Positions 13,801-25,700 of a DNA stretch of 64,000 bases are shown here, in pieces. The notes below the pieces were generated by a model, which was not told the DNA's origin, ran no database searches, and was given only the letters and a program-made list of their open reading frames with translations. Origin of the DNA: Saccostrea echinata (taxonomy: Eukaryota); the NCBI RefSeq assembly GCF_033153115.1, contig NW_026889796.1, positions 15,500,001 through 15,564,000 on the forward strand. Reading direction: 5' to 3'. Numbering within the stretch: position 1 is the first letter of the stretch; every line of letters begins with the position of its first letter. Position numbers and translations under genes: made by a program.

Positions 13801-16408
13801 AGATTCTTCCCCAGACCAGAATATTGGATCAAAAATCAGGTATTTCTTTTTACTACTATATCATCTACAGGTGACTATCGGATAATGGGACAACCATTTG
13901 ATTCTGAGGAGGGGGCAGATTTTGGAAATAATCTGTTCTCGAAAATACACTTGTATGTTGAAAATAAATAAACCGACCTTAAGTTGCAAGAAATTAAATA
14001 ATTTAACTCGAAAACATTTGCCATCCCCCACCCCTTCTCAAAATCAAGTGGTCGTCTGCTAAAAGTTTTATGAGCGGCCCTGTCTCTTAGTATTTATTAG
14101 TCAAGTACTGACGAATCTTACATAATCCAAATTGAACTTTAGTCCATAGGGTAGGTCCCAAGCCAGAAGATACCAGGTATTTTTAACCATAGTTTACCGC
14201 TTGTGTGTTTTGTTTGACATTAACAAAAGAATTTTCAAAAATCTTAAATGAGGTTTAAATTTAATTTCTTTAATGGATTGAAAGGAAAGCAATGGGAAGT
14301 CGACAGAAGTTCTCTGGTTGAGTTACTTGCAGACAACAGAACAATATTGGAGGACGAGTTAGAACCATTTCGTTTTCTTACACGCTTCCAACAAGATGGC
14401 ATATTTTCAGAGAAAGAGGTAAACTGGATTAAGAGGCTGGGTAGTAGGCGAAATAGAGCAAGAGGATTCCTCAGTTTATTGCAAGGCAAGAGAAAGTCTG
14501 CTTTGGAAGTCTTTGTGGACGAATTAAAAATATCAAAAGAAACTTTTATATTGGAGCAGCTATTTCCTTCGACACCCACAGCTTTTCAGTGCAAAGGTAG
14601 AGTGATTAGAAATTGTTGTATGTAGCCTGAATTTGGTTTTCATTATTATATTAACTTTATTTCCTAAAAGTGAAGTTACTGCAACAAATTCTAAAGAACT
14701 TTTATTTTAAATTCACAAAGAAAAGTCATACAACAGCAAGACCTTGCGTCCAAATGAACTTGCAATCGGGATTTAAAGTCATTAGCCCCATTTCCTAGCT
14801 AAACTTTTAAAAGAAGCTGTGTACAACTATATAATTGTATTACAGAATGCCAACGTAGTACAATCTTAAAGAATTACAACGAGATTCGCGATGAAATAGA
14901 TGTGAGAATTTTAGACTACACTGATCCGCCCTGTCACTCACACCACACGAATTATAAAGACAGCAGGGGACGGTACAGAACGCCCCAGGCCCTCCTTAAG
15001 CATGTGCTGGAGTGTGACACAGCTCTGGACAGATTCAGTAAGGTCTCTAAATCCATAACATCATTGACCAGGTTTACAGAATGCAACTGCAACTGTCCAG
15101 GTATTATACTGAGGCTTTGGGCATCTTAGATTGTGTCTTATCCACTGCATTGGGAGATTACATCCGACTTTTCTTAGCAGGTTACAAGAACTTTACAACT
15201 TTAACCCAGAGGAAGCAAAATGTTTACAATTTTCGGATTTCAACTGTATTACGGAAGAAAGGTTAGTTAAGCACTCTACTTTCTACAAGATCATTTCCGA
15301 TTTTCTTCTTTGTCGAAATGTGTATTCTGGCTTTCATTAAATGACTTTTTATGTACTGCATAACCAATTTCTTAACTGGGTATATGTGAGCCAGCACACC
15401 CGCCCTCTTCCACTCCAATAATGATGTTGACCTGTGCAACTTACTTTGTGTCAAGTTACAACTACCTTATCAGGTACAATATTTCAAAGTTTCTATGTTG
15501 AACGATATGAAAGTCCATACTTTTTCTGCACAATTCCTTTCACTTGTCCAAATGGCGTTTCTCGGTCAAGGTCAGGACACATATACATATCGTTCATACA
15601 AAAATTACCATAGTTTTAGCTGGCATTTCCTCAAAATTTATTTTGGAAGGTGTACTACATCATTTAGCAAAACAAAAGTTGCACAAAGGTCCTCCATTTA
15701 TTGGAACTGCAGTAGGGAATTACATATATTTTTTTGTGATCATGTTCTTGCACTTAAGTCAACGTCTTGATGCAACTTTGGAGCGTAAGCAATCCCTATC
15801 TAAAGTATGAGCTTCGTATCCTCGACACAAAGTTAAACACTAAAATAAAATATATCACTTTTTGGCCATTAATCTTCACCTTTTAAACTTGGGTGTTGGA
15901 GTTGATTAAGCAATTAAAACTGAACGAAACTTGAGCAGCTCTTGTCCACCAACATTGGAAAATTTATTTAGCTCTCTGTCTCATATCTTAATACAGAGAA
16001 ACCAACTGACAAAAAAACATTACATAACTCTCCAGAAAAAGATTTACCAGTCCCTGCATTAAAAAGGGAAAAGTCCTCTCTAACAAACAGTATGTATTTT
16101 AATTCAAGAATATTTTAATTAAGTGTACTTTAATTCATGAACATTTAAAAAAAAAAAAACCCTCACTTTTTATCTATTAGCATATAAATTGTTCATTATA
16201 AATGCTATCAATTATCTCCCTTTTTTCTCCTGCAGAAACAGTCAAAACAAAAACCCCCTTTACATCTCTACAACCAAAGATTGTCACCTTTAATGTAGAA
16301 GAATTGCCTGTCCATTCCTACACAACAGAAAATAGAGGACTTCATGATACCAAGATTCAAGAGAAGAAAACAAGCAAACGTGCAACAAAAAAGATGGTGA
16401 AAAAATAA
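7626..16408 (+). CDS. Multi-CARD (death-fold) protein, ~700-770 aa. Core exons 11320-11391, 11489-11767, 11896-12219, 12349-12411, 12839-13189, 14285-14596, 14846-15100; probable 7626-7728, 9705-9773, 15181-15261, 15997-16089, 16236-16408; possible 15650-15784
   Basis: Every internal exon is bounded by AG/GT, is a multiple of 3 and is phase 1-1. CARD-like translations: IVRRNYIFLKEEL...LYQEGILS...LLKLLLRHG...FVNIL; LLADNRTILEDELEP...QQDGIFSEKE...RRNRARGFLSLL...FVDELK; plus two more divergent ones. The first and last exons are less certain. Confidence 0.75.
9326..9487. repeat. Fold-back palindrome (~160 bp)
   Basis: TAAGGAATAACTGTC...GCATAAACGCCGAAGGCGTTTATGC...GACAGTTATTCCTTA. Confidence 0.88.
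10325..11313 (-). mobile_element. Non-autonomous Helentron-like (HINE) element with an internal ~146-bp tandem array
   Basis: Subterminal inverted repeat ATGCCCCCGTAT/ATACGGGGGCAT, hairpin CCCCGTATCGAAGATTCGGGG, (GTCC/GTCT)n tract, repeated GACCTTGACCTTGGAGTTTGACC; inserted in a T-run. Confidence 0.85.
12456..12565. repeat. Imperfect fold-back palindrome
   Basis: GTTTTTCTC...CAATAGACAC..loop..GTGTCTATTG...GAGAAAAAC. Confidence 0.65.
13206..13399. mobile_element. Short Tc1/mariner-type MITE
   Basis: TACTGTGAAATCAT...TTCGTG / CACGAA...ATGATTCCACAGTA, TA-flanked. Confidence 0.7.
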
Positions 16409-16773
16409 CCAGCTGTTTAATGCATTGACTGGAATATACAATAAGATTGCTGTGATCTCTAAATTGGATACTTCTTTTTTCTGAAATTATACAAGAAGAA
16501 TTGGCTGCCGCTTTATTTGATTTTATTTTAAATATAGGTAACCTCTTTGTAAGATCAATTTGTGAAAAGTTGCCTAAGATAAATGAAATCCTTAAAAAAA
16601 TTGGTACTTATTTGTTAACAGAATTTATAAAACTACATATATATACATGATTGTAAACATGTTTTTTTTAATTCATGTATAAAGATTGAATATTGCATAA
16701 GCTATATATCCATTCCTGGAAATGTCCCTTTCCCCCAAGAAATATAATATAAACAACTGTCATAAGCCCAGAA

Positions 16774-19700
16774 TCACTGACTACTGTTCATCATTAGAAT
16801 TCTCCTTTTTCTTTCTGTCTCCATAGTTTTAGCTTTCTCCCATACACTTTGTGTTGGGGCAGTTTCCATAGCACTTAGTGACAACAACCTATCGGTGAAT
16901 GAAAATGAATATTGTTAATTGATAAAAACATTGTTGATATACATGTATCTAAATAAGGCCAGAGCATGACACTTCAAATACTAAAGGGCCATGGGAGACA
17001 TCACTCACCTGAGCACTGTGGCTAGGAAAAAAGCAAAAATCAGTTCAGTATTGAAAAGCTTAAATGCATAAGTGGTCCCAACCTACCCCTAAATGGGGGA
17101 TTGGGGAGGATAATTTGAACAAAATTGAATCCACACTAACTAAAGATGCTTACATATTTCTTTGACTAACTGTTGCTTTTTTCCCTACAAGTTTGAACTT
17201 TCATTGTGGTCCCACTCTACCCCTGAGGGTCATGATTCATACAAACTTGAATCTACACTACCTGAAGACGTTTCCATATGACCAATCATGGCTTTGCTGT
17301 TCTTGAGAAGAAGATTTTTCCTTTATATTCCATGTAAAACTCTGATCATCGACTGTGACCCCATCCTATCCCTGGGAATCATGATTTGAACAAATATGAA
17401 TCTACACTACCTGAGGAATCTTCCATATAAATATGACCAATCATGGCTTTGCTGTTCTTAAGAAGAGGATTTTTTAAGATTTTTCCTATGTACTCCTATG
17501 TCAAACTTTGATCATCCATTGTGGCCCCACTCTTGCCTCAGGGTCATGATTTGAACAAACGAATTTACACTACTTGAGGATACTTCCATATAAATATGAC
17601 CAATCATGGCTTTGCTGTTCTTGAGAAGAAGATTTTTAAAGATTTTTCCTATGTACTCCAATGTTAAATTTTGATCGTTCATTGATCCTATACCCTATCC
17701 CGGGTGATCACGATTTGAACAAACTTGAATCTACACTATCTGAGGATGCTTCCATATAAATATGACCAATCATGGCTTTGCTGTTCTTAAGAAGAAAATT
17801 TTTAAAGATTTTTCCAACATTTTCCTTTGTAAAAGATTTTTCCTTTATACTCCTACGTAAAATTTTGATCGTTCATTGTGGCTCTACCCTACCCCAGGTG
17901 TCATGATTTGAACAAACTTGATTATCCTTCGTCCTCTTACGTACATTCATAGCTAAATATGCAGTATCCAGCGCATGCGCAGATAATGACCACTAATTCA
18001 TAGAAACAATAAAAGTTTTCCCGCCACTACCCATCATAGTTAATTCAGTGCTCGCTCAGAGAAGACCACCCGCGTTGTGTATCCAGTTTCTTTTTGTTTT
18101 TTACGTATTTGTGGACATTTTCATCTGTTATTTTTATTTTATTACTTTATTATGGATGAAAATCAGGAATATATTATAATTCAACATCGTTCGGACTCAC
18201 CAAGTTCACGTTCTGAGAAGAAATCGACGGCGACGGACCAAGAGATGCTGGCGCCATTAGTTAACATGGCAGGGCACGCTGCCTCAGAGCAGTTGACTAA
18301 AGTGCCCACAGAGGCTTCAATGCCAAACAATTGTGGTTCAAATCCCACCTTTTCTGTGGCATTGCCACAACTGAGCAACGCTAGCTCAAATATTGGAGTT
18401 CATTTCTCGCAACAAATTCAGGCAGAGGATGGGTGTAATTCGATTTTTCCTTTATACTCCTACGTAAAATTTTGATCGTTCATTGTGGCTCTACCCTACC
18501 CCAGGTGTCATGATTTGAACAAACTTGAATCTACACTATCTGAGGATGATTCTTGAGAAGAAGATTTTTAAAAGATGCCAATAATTTTTCCCTAATTTGT
18601 AATTATCTCCCCTTGAAGAGGGTGTGGAACAAACTTGAATCCCCTTCACCCTAGGATACTCTGTGCTAAGTTTGGTTCAATCTGGTAAAGTGGTACTGGA
18701 GAAGATGAAATTGTGAAAAGTTAACAACGACTATGACAATGACAGACAACGGATAAATTTCGATCAAAAAAGCTCACTTGAGCCTTTGGCTCAGGTGAGC
18801 TAAAAGTGTTAAAAATTCTGTATTATCAATACCTGACTAAATTCAACAATGTGTGAAAGTCATCCACTGACATTGATTTTGGATCTGTCTTCCTTATTTC
18901 TACAAAGTCATCTTGGATTGACTGAAATGTTAAAAGAAAATTAGCATTAACTTGCATACCTCTAAGAAACTGTTGAATGCTAGTAGATATTCCAGTTCTT
19001 TCATTCTTATCATATTATTTACCTTTTGCATGGTGTCATCAATTGTGTATTCCAGAAGTTTACAAATGGTCAGATAACTCCTCAAACGACCCAGAAATTC
19101 CGCAGTGAGAAGGACATCAAGCTGTGAGAAATGTCGCTGTAGATTTTCTATTTTACAGGCTGGGTTCATAGGTACCAAACAATCACTCTGCAATGATAAT
19201 GATGTATTTAACCATAACTATTCATAATTTTAAACATGGATTTTGAATTATTAAAATAACACTTTATTTCTAATTATTTTATCACATTTGTTTTTTGGTT
19301 GACATCAACAATACAAAGAGCAGTTCCAAAGTTCAAAGTCTAATAAAGTAAAAGTCAAGGTCATACGCAATGTACATGTGAGAGAGGTCTGCTAGCAGAT
19401 GTTGCCTTATTTTACATACTTACTGGTATCAAGATATATACTTACTGGTAAGATAGACTTTGCTTCAGATAAAATCAGAACGGAAACATTGGATAAGAAA
19501 TCTTGTCTATGGAAGCGAAAATCATATTCCACCTTCTGCCAACTAATCAGGTTTCCAAGAGCTGTAATGTTCCTCACTCCTGAAAAGATGAGAAAATTAA
19601 ATCAACAATTGAATATCAAGTAACACTTCAACAAAGCTATGTTTGGATCTGAATTTTGTAATCTTGCAGAAACACTGAAAATTTGCTTCAATAATGACCA

Positions 19701-22700
19701 AAGTACTTTGAAACAAACTATTCCACAAATCATGAAATTACAACACAGATATAAGTGGAAAATCACATCACTTTTATTTGTCACGAATTTGATATAAAAT
19801 GTATTATTCACCAAGACTGAATAGTCTAACATTGCCAGAAAAAGGCCCCTTTATGAGCTTTGGTTAAGTTCGTAAGAGTTAAGATTTCTTAAGCTTTGAA
19901 GTATAACACTGTGACTGACCTACTGCTTCCAGCTGTCCTGGTTGTAGCTGTGTCTCGTCGATGATAAGAGAGGTATCTGCAGCCAGCTGTAACACACCAC
20001 TCTTCAGCCTGTTAGCCGTGTAGTCCTTCTCTGGACACAGTCTCAAGCTGTTCATGTTTTCAATGGACAAGGGAAGAAAGTGACACTGTAAATCATGAGA
20101 TATTTATTTTAAAATATATTTCCCAAATGCAAATGACATGATCAACCCCCCCCCCCCCCCCCCCACCCCCTTTCCCCCATTTTTATGCCCATCACTCCTT
20201 TGTATCATAATTTAGGTCAGGTTCAATTTTTCTGACCAAAATTTCATACAGTATTATATACTAAATGCCATGAATTCTCTTAGATAATGTTATCCAGATC
20301 ATCAAATTATTACCTTAGTAGTAAGTGCTTCCATGAAAGTGTGTATTAGTTGTCCATATTCTTTACTTGGGGGACAGTGGGTGATATTCAAACTAAACTT
20401 CCCTAATGGCATCACATCAGCTCTTCCATACCTGAATACACATACATTCAAAATGAAAATAATTTTTTTTACACTTAATATATATTTTTTCTGAAAATAA
20501 CACTTGTTATATTATAATTGGAATAAATATGCAATAAATCAATTACTGCCTTACACAGAGGAGATCAAATGACACAGGAAGTATTCCGCTGCCAGCGAGT
20601 CTCCCAGCATGACCTGTTCAAGAGCTGACAAGATCTGACGTCGTAATGTGAAGATCTCTGTCCTAAGGGAACTTACATCTGTAAAAGATATAGAAACAAA
20701 ACATAATATCAATACCACACACAAAAAAAATAAATATATTTATATTACTTAAATAAAACCTTATACGTCTTTACCATTTCAATTTTTCAGCCATATTTAA
20801 AGAAAGAGAAATGGTTCTTTTCAATACTTTTGAAACTGTACCTTAATAACTTTTGAAACTGTACCTTAATATCTTTAAAAACTATCTATGCCACAGAGGA
20901 ACAGACAAAAACCTTTAATATGACATTTAAAAAATTTCATTATTCTTTTACAGAGCTCAAAGGCATTGCACACACTTTAAACCAACTATTATTCACGTCA
21001 TCTTTTATCCTCGAATCGTCAGTTTGAAACCAATCCGCAACAATTGATTTTCGCGACTGAGGAAACATTTTCTACATATACAAAACAATTAGTTTGGGGC
21101 GATTAATATTTGCGAGTTAAAGTATGTCGCAAAACTCGCGAATATTACTCACACACGAATAAAAGTTGGTTTACAGTAAATGATCCCGTTACCTGAGTCT
21201 AATTTGATTTTCTCTGTCGATACATGGGGGTTATTATGCTTCAGTTTGTGGTGAACCAAAGCGTGAAGTCTTGGCACCAGAGAAGGGGGCGGGGCATGTG
21301 CGTTTTTCTCCTCCATGGGTTCCTCGTAACCATCGATACTACTCTGTAAGCCATCGGATCTGTCAACATGAAATTAAAAAAAATTCTTCACTCCACCTCA
21401 AATTAAGCTGAATTTTTTAAATTCATTTGATAAAATAATGCCAAAACCATTCATCTAATTTATGTACCTATTTTCTTCATGGAAATGCGCCAATGATGGA
21501 TCAACTGACAGAACCCCTATAAATTCGACCATATCATTAACTGCAAACCCGTCCATATCTTCATAAATCTGTAGATTGAATAGCATAATTTGATAACCAT
21601 GTTACTTGCAAAAGTTTACACTGACTAATAAAATAAATGTTGAAATTTTGTCAGATCTTGCTACAATTTTAATATTTGGTTACAAGAATTAATACTACAG
21701 AATAAACAAATATGAGGATACCTTCACTAAACATGGCAGTCCCTTTTCTCCATTTAAAGGGAAATTTAGATCCGTGTTATTTCTAGGTACTGATCCTATA
21801 ACCAGAGAAAACCAAATTTTATTAGAGCTGGACATTTAGCGATTTATGCCATTTGTGAAATTACATTGTGCACTTATACACAGGTCAGAAAAATTTGGTG
21901 GGAGTCTAAACAGCCATTTAAACAATATGTTTTAGAATTACAAACTCGCAGACAAATGAATTGAATAATGGTGACAGATTAGATGCTACATGTGCAATAG
22001 TTACAGAATACTGAGTAGCATTTAAATTGAGTTATTAACCTTCCACAACATCTGCCCTTGGTCTTTTGTTGGCAGTGTCCTCAGATTTACTGTCTGTCCC
22101 CTCAGTGTCCTCCTCCATGTGAGTGTCTGACTGATGTTCCTGGTCCTCCTCCTCCAGGCCTCGTTTTGACCTACTGGAGGCCACAGAGGATGTTGGAAAA
22201 CTTTTCTTTCCTGCTTTGTCTGAATATCCGTTTCGAAGTTAAGGAATCTTGTACAATTTTTCAAAATGCCCACCAGGCTTGCTGTGATTAACTTTTTACA
22301 AGCCTGACAGTAATTTTTTTTTTACATGCCTATAGTCCAGTACTGGTATTTTGGACACAGAATTTAGCTATGAACTGAAACTAATATTAAGACCGAAGGA
22401 TATTGACTTGACCCATTCAGTTTCTCCTGGAATTGGGACACAGTACAGGGTCTGCCTCTCCATTGTTACATTTTTATCTGAATCCATGTTAATTTCTTGA
22501 TGTTTCTAAAAACATAAAATTGCATAACTTTTCTTTTTTAATTAACATTCAATCTTTGCTCAACCTGGAAAAAGGATGATCTCATCCATAGCAGAATTTT
22601 TTTTTGTTTTTGTTGAATGACATTCACAGTTTTCTTATTCTAACAGTCTTTTTTTTTTTTTAAATTAAACTAGATTGTGCTATTCTAAAGTATGATAATT

Positions 22701-25700
22701 TACATGGTCTATTATGATTTCAATCATATTGAAACTTAATTAGTCTGCAGGCCTACTTTTGCAAATGTCTGAAAAGGAATTATTTGCATATAGAATATGA
22801 AGTGTGTGTATTACATACGGCACATTCTGCTATATCCTTGTACTTCCCCGACTTCATCGAGGTAGTGTTTGTATTGACGTCCGACACTTCATACTCCCCC
22901 ATGTAGAACTCAGGGTCAAACATGTCCTGGACCATACACCTGTAGCGCACCAAGGAATTCGGCAGGAGACAGTGAAGAGGTGTATCATTTAAACTGGGTA
23001 TCTAAAAATGTGAAAATAGGTATTGGCATTTTTAAAATCTGTTATAATTGTTGGAGAAAATGTTTTAAAGTCTGTACCTTACTAAACCTAGCTGAAACAT
23101 AGGAAATATAAGATCCCTTGATCTTAAATACTTCTCATCTTCAAGGTCTAAACAAAATCATTTTTAAATTGATCTTACCCAAAGACGAGCTGTTTCAGAG
23201 TTTGTCTTGCTATGAAAGTATTCTTGGACCTTTTCAGAACTTGCTGATCCATGTTTATCTACAATATACACAATCATTCATTAATAGAGTCATTAGAGTG
23301 TTTATGAGCAAGTTGTCTTGACAAAAATTATCAGTGTCACATTTGCTCACTTTTGAGATGCATGCTCCAATTTGTACCATTCACTTCATATAAAATAAAT
23401 TATTTTTTATTTTTGCTTTATATGACAGACACAGTAATATAATTTCATTTTTTTAACTCTTTCCCCCTCAGAGCTTTGAAGATAAGGCGTTACTGTATAC
23501 TCCCGTAGCAAGCCACTGCTGCAGCCTTATCTCCACAGCAGTCTAGCATCAGTGATAACCCCATTTACTCAGGCATTTTCAGAAATAAAGAAAAAAATCA
23601 CAGTGCTTTATATTTATTCTTATTACTCTCAAATTATTGGGTAAAAGTATATAAAACCAAGTATTTTTATTTTCAGCACAATCTCATCTTTACAATGATG
23701 ATAATTTAAAGCCAATCCTTTATTTTTAAACTAAGAAAAAGTTTGGTAAATGTCATGAGTCAGTGTATATACACACATCATTCATGACGAAATATTTAGA
23801 ATTTAATCATTTTACAGTCAATAAAAAGGTTTCAATGTCTATTTTGGTATGTGAAAAGATCCACATTTTGCATAGATGCACACTGCGAAGTTTACACAAA
23901 CGGATAATCTTTTTAATTTCTTTTTTTGGCCAAGTAAGCCTTCTTTTCTGCTTCAGTGATTTTGTACCAGACACGGTCTTCCTTTCTCTTCTGTGCATTT
24001 ATTCGCCGTGCACTTTTATTTTTGTGATGCACATAGTCTATAATAATGTTTGGATAAAACATATCACCCAAGAAATCTTTTGTTGTAGTTGTTTTTACAC
24101 AAAAATCGGCTCCAGAATACTGGCCATGTGACTTTCAACTCGCACGCCATGAAATGTCGAAGGTTTTCTGGCCAATTATAATGTTCCAAATTAATTTTTT
24201 CTGCACAAATGAATTCTTTAGGAATATATGTATTCAATTCAGCATCCTAAAACCCATAAAGTTTATCTAAATTGTCGCGTGAATAGAAATAATCTCACCG
24301 TACATTGTTCGTAATCCGCCATTTTGAATTAACAACTTTTGTTTTTCCTACCATACAAGGTAAAAACCATCTTTATTTATAGGTACACGTGAATTGATGA
24401 CAGTGCACATACTTTATTTTTGTAGGCCAATAATAACGCTTCAATTTGATACCTGCCCCAAAGTTGCCGACGTCATAGTCTCGTTTTCACATAGTCTTAA
24501 AATAACAAGACGTCGAAAGGCGCTTGTGTGGAAATTCTGTATAGGCGTCGAGAGACGCTAGTGCGGTAATCATGGATGGGCGTCGAGAGACGCTTGTGCG
24601 GAAAACCTGGCTAGGCGTCGAGAGGCGCTTGTGAGGGGGAAAGAGTTAAACCTTAAACTTACAAATATTTCAAACAAAGCACAGCGCTTTCAAAAAAAAA
24701 AAGGCAGAGTAAAGGACAGTTTGAAAAAAAAGAAGAGATTATTTCATCAGGAAATGTAACCAAATTTCATTGATTTTGATACGTCAAATATTCTATATAT
24801 TTTAAGAAAATTTATAAATGGAGAGCAATCTCCACATTCAGACCAAATATCCAAACATCACACTTTGTCAATAATGCCTGAAACAACACACTTCCAGACC
24901 TACATACTTCCAACGCTTGGTCCTTGAATAGTAACTATGCACCTTTAACAGGTCCTGTGCAATCACCACATTTAGCTATGTAGGTCGATTTTTCTACATA
25001 GCTTCATTTAGCCACTTAAATTAGCTTTATTTAGTTATTTTAAAGCAAGTTTTCACAAGTTTGCTTCTTATTTAAAATAAACAAAAAATTGCAACTATAT
25101 GACTACTATTTGTACTCTAAAGTTTTAAAAAAGTAACCAAGAGCAATTATAAACATTGCTGCTTTTTGAACATTTTTAAGTGAAAGATGCATTTCCACTG
25201 TTTGAATTACTGTACACCACCTTGTGTGTGGCTATTGTATGGATAATATTTGTTATCCAGGTTCAATCAAGGGTGTACAGTGATTTACTCCAGGTTTTAT
25301 TCCATACACCCTGAGGCTGAAGGGTGTATGGAATAAAACCCAGGGTAATCCCTGTACACCCTTGATAAAACCTGGATAACTAATATTATTTCCTATGAGT
25401 TTAACATTAGATTTGATTGGTTTGTAGAAAGACTATTTCTACCTATGTAGCTATTAATAGCTACCTAGGTATTTAAACCTACTGCAAGTATCTACTTCTA
25501 CCTACTTTCACCTGTCTTTCAAAATAAAATCAAATGATGATTATGGCGCATCTTTAAAACAGGTCAAACTTTTATTTATCATCTTGTGCATTTGCACGGC
25601 AAAATTCAGGGTGTTAATTTGAAAACTTTATGACGGTGGAGAATGGAGAGGAAATTCATTAAAAAATCATTCCAAAAACATTCGCGATTATATTTCAGAA

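Noticed and set aside
15101-15129. 29-nt GT-AG micro-intron in the CARD gene
   Set aside because: Too short for a normal intron. The stronger acceptor at 15180 gives an 80-nt intron.
18077-18475. 132-aa ORF as a host gene
   Set aside because: It lies in an insert within a transposon in an MCMBP intron and is truncated by the flanking repeat.
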